Shown: in pieces, positions 55,705 to 64,000 of the stretch
Layout: each line of letters begins with the position of its first letter
How positions within the stretch are numbered: position 1 is the first letter of the stretch
Assembly (NCBI GenBank): GCA_000505065.1
Contig: AWSN01000001.1
Span: forward strand, 339,647 to 403,646
DNA: 64,000 bases
Source of the DNA: Parcubacteria bacterium RAAC4_OD1_1
GTDB taxonomy: Bacteria > Patescibacteriota > Minisyncoccia > Phycocordibacterales > UBA9973
Direction of reading: 5' to 3'
Translations under genes and position numbers: made by a program
Notes under the pieces: generated by a model
What the model saw: the letters and a program-made list of their open reading frames with translations, nothing else
Told to the model about the DNA's origin: nothing
The model's database searches: none

Positions 55705-58700
55705 TTATATTTTTATATCAATTTTTAATAGTATGTCTCCAATTTTTATTTCTTCTCCTTCATTTTCTTTTATAGAAACTTTGGCGCTTACAGCCTTTTC
55801 AAATTCTTTTTCAAATCTATTTATTATTTTCTGCCCTTCTACCCCTGTCTCTATCTCTAGATTTACCACATCATTTGGATTAAGTCCCATTTTCTTTCTC
55901 ATATCTTGGACCGCCCGTACCAACTCACGATAATTCCCCTCTTGTTTAAGTTCTGGGGTGATTTCTGTATCAAGCTGAATTGGTAAACTCATATCTATAG
56001 TAATAGTCTTAATTACTGAAGCAGAAATTTCATTCATAGAATGACCAAAATATATCTTTTTAACATTTACTTCTTCTTTAATAAGTTCTATAAATTGAAT
56101 ATCAGATTCATTTAATATTTTTGAATCATTTATTATCATTGAATTAAGTACTTGTCTTACGGGTCTTTGGTTTTTTTGTCTAGACTCCAAACCTAAAGAA
56201 ACCAATCTTCGAGTTTCCTCCATTTTTTGATTTAAATCATCTTTTAATTCTTGAATCTCTGGCCAGTTTGCAAGATGTACACTCTCTTCATCCATATCAT
56301 TTCTTAATTTCTGCCATATATCCTCACTCGCAAATGGAGCAAATGGGGCCATTAGTTTTGCTAAATTTTTTAAAACAAAATATAAAGTCTGCCTCGCCTC
56401 GCCATAGCCTTGTGCGGAGGCAGGTTGACTTGCTTCATCTTTTATTCTTTCTCTACTTCTCCTTAAATACCAAGTCGAAAGATCATCTATAAAATCTCTT
56501 ATAGATCTCACTGGCTCTAGGAGTTTATAATTTTCTAATCCTTCTGTTATATTTTTTGCAAGCTCAGCAAATCTTACCAAAATCCATTGATCAAGAACAT
56601 TAGCCTCCTCAAGGCCTTGCCTTGGACCCCCTAAAGGCAAGGCCTTTTCCCGGCTCTCTAATTCTTTATCTCTATAAAGCTCATAAAAAGCTAAAACATT
56701 GTAAAGTAAATTGAAAACTTTATTATGAAGTTCAGAGACAGTTTTTTCATCAAAGTTTTTTGATTCTCCTGGTTGATTCACCGAATACATCCACATACGG
56801 AGAGTGTCTGCACCATATTTATGTATCATCTCCCATGGGTCAACAATATTCCCAAGTGATTTACTCATCTTCTTTCCATTTGCATCTAATATATGACCAA
56901 GACAAATCACATTCTTATACGCTTTTCCTCGCCCCATTAAAACCCCCACAGCATGAAGTGTATAGAACCACCCACGAGTCTGATCTATTGCCTCTGAAAT
57001 AAAATCAGCTGGGTAATTTATCTCTCCATCAAACGGATAGTGATCTTGCGAGAATGGCATTGTGCCAGAGTCTAGCCAGACATCCATAACTTCTTTTGAT
57101 CTTTCTAATTTACCACTACATTCACATTGCAATTCTACTTCATCAATATAAGGCCTATGTAAATCAAGCTCATAGTTCTCATCATGAGGAATAGGATAAA
57201 AGGGTACTTCTCTCCATTCTGCATTCTTCAAATAATTATAATCCTTTATCATTTTTAAAGACTCTTCTCCATTAAGCCCCATAGATCCAGCGACAGCAAG
57301 CCAAGACGGCCCACCGTGAGTTACTATCAAAATATTTTTCCCAGAATATTTATCTTCCATTTCATAAAGGAAACTCATAATCCTTCTTTTCATATCATTG
57401 TATGATTCATTGCCATCTTCCCCATGATAAAATGTCTCCACTGTATTTGGGTAATCTTTATGATATTCTGTCCAAGTTCTACCTTCATACATAGGAAGAG
57501 ACATTTCGTGAAGCCTATCATCTACTATTACTTTTTCATCCTCTAATCCAATTACATCTTGCACAATCTCAGATGTTTCTCTTGCTCTAACAAAAGGAGA
57601 AGTAAAAATAAAATCAATATTTTTATCTTTCAAATTTTCTGCATTTTCTTTTACTTGATTCTTTCCATTTTCTGTTAAATGGTCTTCATTATTATATGAA
57701 GTGCTCACAAGATCAGTCAGATTATTGTCCGCCTCTCCGTGACGCATCACAAAATATTTATTCCCAGATTTCTTGGTTTTATTTTTTAAATCTTCTAGAC
57801 TTCTTATGACTTCAATTTTATTACACTTCTCGCATTTCCAGACCGGAAGTGGAGTACCCCAATAACGCTCCCGAGAAATTGCCCAATCTTTAATATCAGA
57901 AAGCCACTCACCAAATCGCCCTTCTTTTATATATGAAGGTTCCCAATTTATTCCTTTATTTTCTTCTACAAGCTTATCACGGAGGGCTGACATTTTGATA
58001 TACCAAGAATCTCGAGCATAGTATATGAGCGCAGTTTTACAACGCCAACAATGTGGGTATGAGTGCTCATATTTTTCTTTTTTAAATAATAATCCTCGAT
58101 GTGCCAAATCTTTGATTATTTCTACGGCAGTTTCTTCATCCCCGCCTGCAGTAGCTATGCTATCAGCATTGCGGGCAGGACGCACAAATCGCCCTTCAAG
58201 GAACCCAGTTCCCGGAAGGAATTTGCCATCAAGCCCTACAAGGTGATGCTTTGGAAGCCCAATCTCATTACCAAGCACAAAGTCATCTTGCCCATACATC
58301 ACTGCAGTGTGTACTACCCCTGTACCATCCTCTGTAGTCACAAAATCCGCAGGATAAACTTTAAAAGCTTTCTCAAGTTTATTTTTTTCACTATCAGAAA
58401 TAGTATCTTTTAAAAATGGATAAAGTGGTTCATATTCTAAACCAACTAAATCTGAGCCTTTAAATTCTTCTAGAATTTCATATTCACCTTCTATTGTGGA
58501 CAAGCGAGCCTTTGCAAGAATATAAATTTCATTTTCTTTTTTTATTTTTACATAATCAATATCCTTCCCCACAGCAAGTGCCACATTCCCTGGTAATGTC
58601 CAAGGTGTTGTCGTCCAAGCCAAAATATAAGTATTTTCTTGTCCTTTTATTTTAAACTTCGCATATACAGATAAATCTTTTACATCTTGGTACCCTTGAG

Positions 58701-59277
58701 CAAGCTCATGAGAAGAAAGCGTAGTTCCACATCTTGGACACCAAGGCACAACTTTATAATCTTTAAACAAAAGTCCTTGATCATTTACATTTTTTATAAT
58801 ATTCCAAACAGATTCTATGTAATCATTATGATAAGTCACATAAGCATTCTTCTGATCCACCCAGTATCCGATACGGTCTGTAAATTTCTCCCAGATGTCA
58901 GTATACTCCCAAACGGATTCTTTACATTCATGATTAAATTTTGAAATTCCATATTCTTCAATTGCCTTTTTGGAAGTAAGTCCTAATTTTTTCTCTACTT
59001 GAAGTTCTACTGGTAATCCATGAGTATCCCAGCCACCTTTCCTGCGGACATGGTAGCCTTTCATTGTTTTATATCTTGGTATTGCATCCTTGAAAGCTCT
59101 CGCCTCTAGGTGGTGTATCCCCGGCTTTCCATTGGCAGTCGGAGGGCCTTCATAGAAAACATACTCCCCTTTTGGCGCATCCTTCTCTAAACTTTTTTGA
59201 AATATATTATTTTCTTTCCAAAATTCTAAAATTTTTTCTTCATTCTGTGCCCTTTGTGATTTTATTTCTTCGTTCAT
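55705..59277 (-). CDS. ileS: isoleucyl-tRNA synthetase (type 2) with about 185-aa histidine-phosphatase (PGAM-like) domain inserted in the catalytic core
   Basis: HIGH (PPTANGKPGIHH), CP1 editing domain, KMSKS, anticodon-binding domain. Residues about 505-690 (YFVMRHGEADNN...ILIVTHGGPSW) lie between the WKCEKC zinc knuckle and LHRPYIDE. Confidence 0.9.
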   Translation of the reverse strand: MNEEIKSQRAQNEEKILEFWKENNIFQKSLEKDAPKGEYVFYEGPPTANGKPGIHHLEARAFKDAIPRYKTMKGYHVRRKGGWDTHGLPVELQVEKKLGLTSKKAIEEYGISKFNHECKESVWEYTDIWEKFTDRIGYWVDQKNAYVTYHNDYIESVWNIIKNVNDQGLLFKDYKVVPWCPRCGTTLSSHELAQGYQDVKDLSVYAKFKIKGQENTYILAWTTTPWTLPGNVALAVGKDIDYVKIKKENEIYILAKARLSTIEGEYEILEEFKGSDLVGLEYEPLYPFLKDTISDSEKNKLEKAFKVYPADFVTTEDGTGVVHTAVMYGQDDFVLGNEIGLPKHHLVGLDGKFLPGTGFLEGRFVRPARNADSIATAGGDEETAVEIIKDLAHRGLLFKKEKYEHSYPHCWRCKTALIYYARDSWYIKMSALRDKLVEENKGINWEPSYIKEGRFGEWLSDIKDWAISRERYWGTPLPVWKCEKCNKIEVIRSLEDLKNKTKKSGNKYFVMRHGEADNNLTDLVSTSYNNEDHLTENGKNQVKENAENLKDKNIDFIFTSPFVRARETSEIVQDVIGLEDEKVIVDDRLHEMSLPMYEGRTWTEYHKDYPNTVETFYHGEDGNESYNDMKRRIMSFLYEMEDKYSGKNILIVTHGGPSWLAVAGSMGLNGEESLKMIKDYNYLKNAEWREVPFYPIPHDENYELDLHRPYIDEVELQCECSGKLERSKEVMDVWLDSGTMPFSQDHYPFDGEINYPADFISEAIDQTRGWFYTLHAVGVLMGRGKAYKNVICLGHILDANGKKMSKSLGNIVDPWEMIHKYGADTLRMWMYSVNQPGESKNFDEKTVSELHNKVFNLLYNVLAFYELYRDKELESREKALPLGGPRQGLEEANVLDQWILVRFAELAKNITEGLENYKLLEPVRSIRDFIDDLSTWYLRRSRERIKDEASQPASAQGYGEARQTLYFVLKNLAKLMAPFAPFASEDIWQKLRNDMDEESVHLANWPEIQELKDDLNQKMEETRRLVSLGLESRQKNQRPVRQVLNSMIINDSKILNESDIQFIELIKEEVNVKKIYFGHSMNEISASVIKTITIDMSLPIQLDTEITPELKQEGNYRELVRAVQDMRKKMGLNPNDVVNLEIETGVEGQKIINRFEKEFEKAVSAKVSIKENEGEEIKIGDILLKIDIKI

Positions 59278-59344
59278 ATATTTTCTATTAAATTAATAAT
59301 TTAATAAATTAAAATTTTAATAAGTCTTTTTAACGAAGCAAATT

Positions 59345-59435
59345 ATTTTATGAAAAAATGTCTGGCACCGGTTCCCGTCCCCCTTGTCCGAGGACTTTTT
59401 TCAGAATATAATTTGCGAAGTTTTTATTTTTTAAA
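59345..59435 (+). repeat. repeat family 2, copy 2 (between T-box terminator and ileS start)
   Basis: tgaaaaaatgtctggcaccggttcccgtcccccttgtccgaggacttttttcagaatataatttgcgaagttttt. Confidence 0.7.
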
Positions 59436-59660
59436 TAAAAAACTCGTCCACATATAGCAATCCAATAGATTGTTATATAAGGACGAGTTTCTATCCTAAT
59501 TCGCAATGCGAACGGACAAGCCCGTGGTACCACCTTTTTTCTTCCGCAAAGCGGAACTCATTTATAGGGTTCTACCGACTCTTGAGGCCTTGCCTAAAGA
59601 GTTTTCTTCCCAGTGCTAGCCTTATAAATAAGGCAAAGGCTGATAACCTCGATCACACTC
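59428..59660 (-). promoter_or_regulatory. T-box riboswitch leader of ileS
   Basis: On minus strand: T-box sequence AAGGTGGTACCACGGG (59521-59536, consensus GGGTGGTACCGCGG), then terminator AAACTCGTCC-loop-GGACGAGTTT plus U-run (59428-59490); ATC in a candidate specifier region; about 200-nt structured leader. Confidence 0.7.
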
Positions 59661-59711
59661 TTAAATAATAACACTAATTTAATATATTGCAAACTTCTCA
59701 TAAAATTTTAA

Positions 59712-59735
59712 AACCCCTTAATTAAGGGGTTTTAA
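59712..59735. terminator. bidirectional hairpin terminator
   Basis: aaaaccccttaattaaggggtttt immediately after the stop of the small ORF. Confidence 0.55.
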
Positions 59736-59861
59736 AATTACTTTGATTTCTTTTTACTTTTTTTATTTTCTAGCATTACCTTCTTTATTGCCAATCTTTT
59801 CTTTGTCTTCTTTGAGTGTCTAGATTTTACATGCGGGTGTAATGATGTAGCTCTTTTTGCC
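59736..59861 (-). CDS. small basic protein (41 aa), possibly ribosomal-protein-like
   Basis: MAKRATSLHPHVKSRHSKKTKKRLAIKKVMLENKKSKKKSK; the stop abuts a hairpin terminator; not in the ORF track because shorter than 60 aa. Confidence 0.4.
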
Positions 59862-59957
59862 ATATATTTACTTGAGTGAACATTTAAATAAATGTTTTAA
59901 CTTAAATTAATTAATAAATCTACCTACTTATATAATATATTATTTTAAATAAATTAC

Positions 59958-61292
59958 CTAATTTATTATTTCTTCTATTTCGCTCCCCTTTTTATAAATT
60001 ACCAAATCTTTATCACCCAAATCTTCCCAATTCTTTTTTACTTGTCCGACTATCCTCCAAGTTTCTAAGACTTCTTTACCCGAAGTAAAAAATTTATGGT
60101 CTCCTAATATCGCGCTATATATCACCTGCTCATAAGCTTTTGGTAACGATTCATAATGATTCTTAAAATTAAATTCAAGTGTATGGCTTGCTACATCATG
60201 ATCATATCCTGGCTTTTTCGTAAGTAAAGAAAAAGATATTCCTTCATTTGGCTCAAGTCTGAAAAGTAATTCATTAGACTCATGATCACGAACTTTTTTA
60301 TATAAAATCCTTATCTCTGTATATTTCTCTTTTAAAGCTTTACCTGTCGAAAGCTTAATAGATACTCCCTTCCAATTCTTATCACTTGATGAAAGTGAGA
60401 TGGATGCAAAAGTTTCTACATTACTATTATCATTATTAACTTCTTCTTTATATCCCTCATATTGACCTCTAACAGATACAATTTTATTTTTATCTTTTAA
60501 AACTTTTACTTTCTTTAAAGCCTTAAACCTAAGTTCGCCGATATCAGAAATGCTATAATTTTTATCTAGATTTATAAGAGTAAGAGAAAGCAGTCCAAGT
60601 AAATGACTTTGGATAAGGTCACGAAGAGCTCCTGTCTGCTCATAAAAGTTTGCCCGCCCCTCAATACCAATACTTTCACTCACATTAATTTCAATACTAT
60701 TTATAAAATCTTTATTCCAAGTCTTTTTAAAGAGAGAGTTGCCTTCACGGAAAACAAGCAAATTTTGCACAGTTTCTTTCGCCAAATAATGATCTATGCG
60801 ATACACTTTATCCTCATCAAAATATTTATCTATATGAGAAAGCATTAAAGATGCCGAATCATAATCCACCCCAAAAGGCTTTTCTAAAAGTAATTTAGAA
60901 TTATCACTCGCAAGTCCTGACTTACCAATAAGTTCTATAATTTTTGAAGAAGCAAGAGGTGGAACAGAAAGATAAAATAAATATTGTGGATTATCTAAAT
61001 TATATTTTTCTCCAATTTCAAATAAAAACTTTTTTAAAGATAAATAATCTTTAATCTCATTTAAGTCCATTTCAAAAATGTCTATCTTGTCTTTAAGAAT
61101 CTTTTCATCCTCTTCATTCTTACACAATTTACCTTTATTAAAGTTACTTTGCCTAGTGACTCCGACTATCCTAAACTGATCTGGGAGTTTTTCATTTTTA
61201 GATATTTCAGCAAGTGCTGGTAAAAGCTTCCTGGTAGATAAATCCCCAGTTATACCTACTATTATCAATATTGTTGGTCTTAGATTATTCAT
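59958..61292 (-). CDS. zwf: glucose-6-phosphate 1-dehydrogenase
   Basis: NAD(P)-binding IVGITGDLSTRKLLPAL and active-site RIDHYLAKE. Confidence 0.9.
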   Translation of the reverse strand: MNNLRPTILIIVGITGDLSTRKLLPALAEISKNEKLPDQFRIVGVTRQSNFNKGKLCKNEEDEKILKDKIDIFEMDLNEIKDYLSLKKFLFEIGEKYNLDNPQYLFYLSVPPLASSKIIELIGKSGLASDNSKLLLEKPFGVDYDSASLMLSHIDKYFDEDKVYRIDHYLAKETVQNLLVFREGNSLFKKTWNKDFINSIEINVSESIGIEGRANFYEQTGALRDLIQSHLLGLLSLTLINLDKNYSISDIGELRFKALKKVKVLKDKNKIVSVRGQYEGYKEEVNNDNSNVETFASISLSSSDKNWKGVSIKLSTGKALKEKYTEIRILYKKVRDHESNELLFRLEPNEGISFSLLTKKPGYDHDVASHTLEFNFKNHYESLPKAYEQVIYSAILGDHKFFTSGKEVLETWRIVGQVKKNWEDLGDKDLVIYKKGSEIEEIIN

Positions 61293-62190
61293 TTATTTTA
61301 TGCCCACCGAAAGCATTTCGCATAGAAGCGAGTAGTTTGGTAGCAAAATTAATTTTACCTTTTTGTGACTCTATTCGTACATCAAAAGAAGAAGAGATGG
61401 CTGGTGTCTCTATATCATATTCTTTTGCCACTTCAAGTGCCCATCTTGCCTCCCCTGATTCAGACACAGTTCCGCTCACTCCCTCCTGATTAGGATTTTC
61501 TTTTAATGCATCACGAGTAAGTTCATTAAGCCAAGAAGTAATCACGCTTCTGTGTTGCCATACATCACCGGCTTTATACAAATCCAAATTCTTGTATGGT
61601 CCTTCTTTAAGAAGTCTATACCCCTCAGCGAGTGACTCCATCATCCCGTATTCTATAGCATTGTGTACCATTTTTACATAATGTCCCGATCCACTCTCAC
61701 CAAAATAAGCATACATCCCTGTAGGACTTTTCAGGGTTTCAAGCATAGGCTTTATGTACTCTATTGATTCGCTATCTCCTCCTATCATCATAGAGAATCC
61801 ATTTTGGTACCCCCACACTCCTCCACTAGTGCCTATATCAATAAATTTAAATCCAGAAGAAGAGAGTTCTTCACTTCTCCTTTTTGTATCCACAAAACGA
61901 GAATTCCCACCATCTATAATGATACTTTCTTTAGGTAGTATTTTTACCCATTCTTTCATTTCATCATCTACAGTCTCGTGGGGTATCATCATCCAAAGGA
62001 CAATCTTCTCGTCACCACTAAAATTTCCTAAAGCTTCTTCTTTAGTATAAGCTCCCACCATCCCCAATTCTTTATGTACATCAACTTTTTCTTTTCCTCT
62101 ATTATGAGCGATAACTATGTGCCCACCTTCGTGGAGCTTCTTCGCAATTTGTGAACCCATCCTCCCCAAACCTGATATAATAATTTTCAT
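61285..62190 (-). CDS. gnd: 6-phosphogluconate dehydrogenase (decarboxylating), short about 300-aa form
   Basis: MKIIISGLGRMGSQIAKKL Rossmann fold and 6PGD C-terminal region. Confidence 0.85.
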   Translation of the reverse strand: MKIIISGLGRMGSQIAKKLHEGGHIVIAHNRGKEKVDVHKELGMVGAYTKEEALGNFSGDEKIVLWMMIPHETVDDEMKEWVKILPKESIIIDGGNSRFVDTKRRSEELSSSGFKFIDIGTSGGVWGYQNGFSMMIGGDSESIEYIKPMLETLKSPTGMYAYFGESGSGHYVKMVHNAIEYGMMESLAEGYRLLKEGPYKNLDLYKAGDVWQHRSVITSWLNELTRDALKENPNQEGVSGTVSESGEARWALEVAKEYDIETPAISSSFDVRIESQKGKINFATKLLASMRNAFGGHKINE

Positions 62191-62191
62191 T

Positions 62192-62845
62192 TTATTTATA
62201 ATCTGTAAAAACTGTTAATTGTTTGACCTTTTTTAAAATTTGAGCAGGCATTTCTTCTTTATTGATATCTTTATTTAAATTCTCCACCATAGCCCATTTA
62301 TCACTACCAAAAACATAAAGAAATACTTCATCAAGATTTTCTAAAATTTTAAATGTTGTGGTAAATCTCTCAAAAACCCCTCCATCATAATAGCATAATA
62401 GCCCATCTTCAAACACAGCCGGACTTTTAGGAAGTATCCCCCCTGTATGACCATCACTACCCATCCCCATAAAAGCTACCTTATAATCTGCTTTTAAAAT
62501 AGCATCACGCAATTCCCTTTCTAAATAAGATTTTGTTTCCTCTACACTTTTACCAATCAAAAATGGTATAAGTTTTTTGTTTTCAAAATTGAAACCCAAA
62601 TTTTTCAATTTTTCCCAATTTGAATCTTTGTGTCCCACTTCTCCCCATCTTTCATCTGAAAGTGTTATCGTCAAATTATCTTCATTAAAGTTTTCAAGTT
62701 TTTGAGAAACCAAAACTTCTGTTTCCAATGATGACCCTCCACAAACAAAAAACAAAACCTTTTTACCTTCTTTTAATTTTTGATTTATAATAGAAGCCAC
62801 ATATTCTGCTATCTCTTCTTTGTTTAAATTATTTTTGATTTCCAT
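62192..62845 (-). CDS. pgl: 6-phosphogluconolactonase
   Basis: Fold of the glucosamine-6-P isomerase/6PGL family (FFVCGGSSLETEV...); operon zwf-gnd-pgl. Confidence 0.75.
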   Translation of the reverse strand: MEIKNNLNKEEIAEYVASIINQKLKEGKKVLFFVCGGSSLETEVLVSQKLENFNEDNLTITLSDERWGEVGHKDSNWEKLKNLGFNFENKKLIPFLIGKSVEETKSYLERELRDAILKADYKVAFMGMGSDGHTGGILPKSPAVFEDGLLCYYDGGVFERFTTTFKILENLDEVFLYVFGSDKWAMVENLNKDINKEEMPAQILKKVKQLTVFTDYK

Positions 62846-62884
62846 ATTCTCAATTATACCACCCCACCCAATTTTAAAAAACCC

Positions 62885-62916
62885 AGATAGGGGTCGGACC
62901 CCTATCTGGGTTTTTC
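62885..62916. terminator. hairpin terminator (T-run on plus side)
   Basis: cccagataggggtcggacccctatctgggttttt. Confidence 0.5.
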
Positions 62917-62927
62917 TTATTTAAATC

Positions 62928-62956
62928 TTGACTTTTAAGTAAATAAGAATAAGATA
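62928..62956 (+). promoter_or_regulatory. candidate sigma-70 promoter (TTGACT-N16/17-TAAGAT)
   Basis: Good -35 TTGACT; moderate -10. Confidence 0.35.
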
Positions 62957-62961
62957 CTAGA

Positions 62962-63290
62962 AAATTATCCATAAAAACCTCGGGCAAGGAACCAACACCG
63001 ATTGCCAGGTTCAGGAAATTTTTTCTTTAAAACTGATGAATTGAACTTTACTGTTTGAGAAAAACATTGGAATACATATACCCTATGGTCAGGGTCTCGT
63101 CCAAAGTATTCCAAAGTAAAGGAAACGAAAGTAGAGTCAACGCAAAATCGGGCTCATTCCGTTACTTTTGTTTCAGCAATTCAATTAAATTTTGCTTTGG
63201 GGGTCGGTCGTAACTATAACGATCTTCCTTTTATACACTGCCCAAAGCTTTAGCCTCACCCAATCTTCGGACGGTGAGGCTTTTTTTATT
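62962..63290 (+). ncRNA. candidate non-coding RNA of unknown identity (about 330 nt)
   Basis: Promoter-like element upstream, no ORF over 45 codons, ends at a strong rho-independent terminator gcctcacc-N11-ggtgaggc+T7 (63254-63287). Carries local hairpins (for example ggcaaggaaccaacaccgattgcc). It does not match the tmRNA, RNase P or SRP motifs that could be checked by eye. Confidence 0.35.
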
Positions 63291-63291
63291 T

Positions 63292-64000
63292 CTACATCCT
63301 CTCCGGAATTTCGATTCCTAAGAGCCAAAGGCCATTTTTCATAGTTTGATAAAATGATTTTATGAGATTCAAATGGTAATTCATATATTTATTTTCCTCA
63401 ACAAGAATTTGGGTATTGCCATAGAAAGTGTTAAATTCACTTGCGAGCTTTGTAAGATAAACTGCAATATGATGCGGAGCAAGCTCTTGATAAGAGTATT
63501 CTACAATCTCAGGGAATTGATATAATAATTTTTCAAAATCATTAATAATTTCTGGAATTATCCCTATGTCCAGGCCTTGCCTGGACACAATATCTTTTGC
63601 TTTATTTAAAATCGAATTTGCTCGTACAGCAGAGTATTGAAGGTATGGACCTGAATCACCATCGAAAGAAATTGATTTATCTTGGTCATAAACAATATCA
63701 GAACCTAATGATGATCTAAGTATTGAATATTTTAAAGCTGAAACTCCCACTATCCTTGAAATATCATTTTTTTCTTCATCCTGTATATCTCTTTCTTTTA
63801 TTTTTTCTAACACAATATTCATCGAATCATTGAGTAAAGATTCCCCTGTAACTACATTCCCTTTTCTTGAAGACATTTTACCATCAGCAAAACGCATCAT
63901 TCCATGAGTTATATGCAACATTCTTTTCTCATAATCAGGGTGAATGAGTGAAATAGCCTTCTGGACCACTTTCATATATTCTGCTTGTTCAGTAGCAGTT
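63292..64000 (-). CDS. argS: arginyl-tRNA synthetase, C-terminal part (gene continues past window end)
   Basis: Catalytic HITHGMMRFADGKMSSRKG and DALK anticodon-binding domain (DQDKSISFDGDSGPYLQYSAVRANSIL); ends with ...PERM stop. Confidence 0.9.
   Translation of the reverse strand, partial: TATEQAEYMKVVQKAISLIHPDYEKRMLHITHGMMRFADGKMSSRKGNVVTGESLLNDSMNIVLEKIKERDIQDEEKNDISRIVGVSALKYSILRSSLGSDIVYDQDKSISFDGDSGPYLQYSAVRANSILNKAKDIVSRQGLDIGIIPEIINDFEKLLYQFPEIVEYSYQELAPHHIAVYLTKLASEFNTFYGNTQILVEENKYMNYHLNLIKSFYQTMKNGLWLLGIEIPERM

Noticed and set aside
62962-63290. Identification of the ncRNA candidate as tmRNA, RNase P RNA or SRP RNA
   Set aside because: No tRNA-like 3' end (GGTTCGA..CCA), no GGAAAGTCCGGGCTCC/ACAGAACCCGGCTTA P4 pair, and no SRP domain-IV motif could be found by eye. 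Identity is left open.
1-64000. Alternative genetic code (UGA as sense, as in some candidate-phylum lineages)
   Set aside because: Long housekeeping ORFs (ileS 1190 aa, clpB 898 aa, topA 765 aa) are intact with UGA as stop, so standard code 11 is used.
1-64000. CRISPR arrays, restriction-modification or toxin-antitoxin systems
   Set aside because: No regularly spaced direct repeats with unique spacers were seen, and no methyltransferase, restriction or TA gene signatures. The dispersed repeats are not arrayed.

Overview
This window is AT-rich, gene-dense bacterial chromosomal DNA, mostly transcribed on the minus strand. It begins with the 5' end of a 16S rRNA gene (minus strand) and ends inside argS. 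The gene content is housekeeping: obg, dnaX, dus, ftsQ-like, serS, dprA, topA, rel, parB, clpB, a cysteine desulfurase, infB-rbfA, secG, rnj, rpsF-ssb-rpsR, tatD, metG, glyQS, recO, ileS, and zwf-gnd-pgl (oxidative pentose-phosphate pathway). There are five canonical tRNAs (Lys-CTT, Gln-TTG, Tyr-GTA, Cys-GCA, Leu-TAG) plus one tRNA-like gene with a UUA anticodon. The 16S 5' signature (GGATAAGGCATGCAAGTCGAACGG), the short forms of DnaX, IF-2 and Rel, and the gene repertoire suggest a small-genome, host-associated lineage resembling the Candidate Phyla Radiation (Patescibacteria); this is an inference. The standard genetic code appears to be in use, because long ORFs are intact when UGA is read as stop.

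Seven observations stand out. (1) Two families of short GC-rich structured repeats are dispersed through the window. Family 1 is about 95 bp, has at least five copies, and shows compensatory base changes in a tetraloop hairpin; one copy is inserted in-frame in dus and others extend the obg and yqeY ORFs. (2) Two tandem paralogous secreted proteins carry a novel 95-aa repeat domain (four copies), thrombospondin-type-1-like repeats and peptidoglycan-binding domains. (3) ileS is preceded by a T-box riboswitch leader and encodes an IleS with a histidine-phosphatase domain inserted in its catalytic core. (4) A tRNA-like gene carries anticodon UUA. (5) Partial tRNA 3'-end duplications flank small accessory segments that include GIY-YIG and MazG genes. 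(6) A roughly 330-nt promoter-to-terminator unit without an ORF lies next to argS. (7) Smaller oddities: a Gly/Tyr-repeat secreted protein, an RGG/CxxC-x17-CxxC protein, and a duplicated clpB start.
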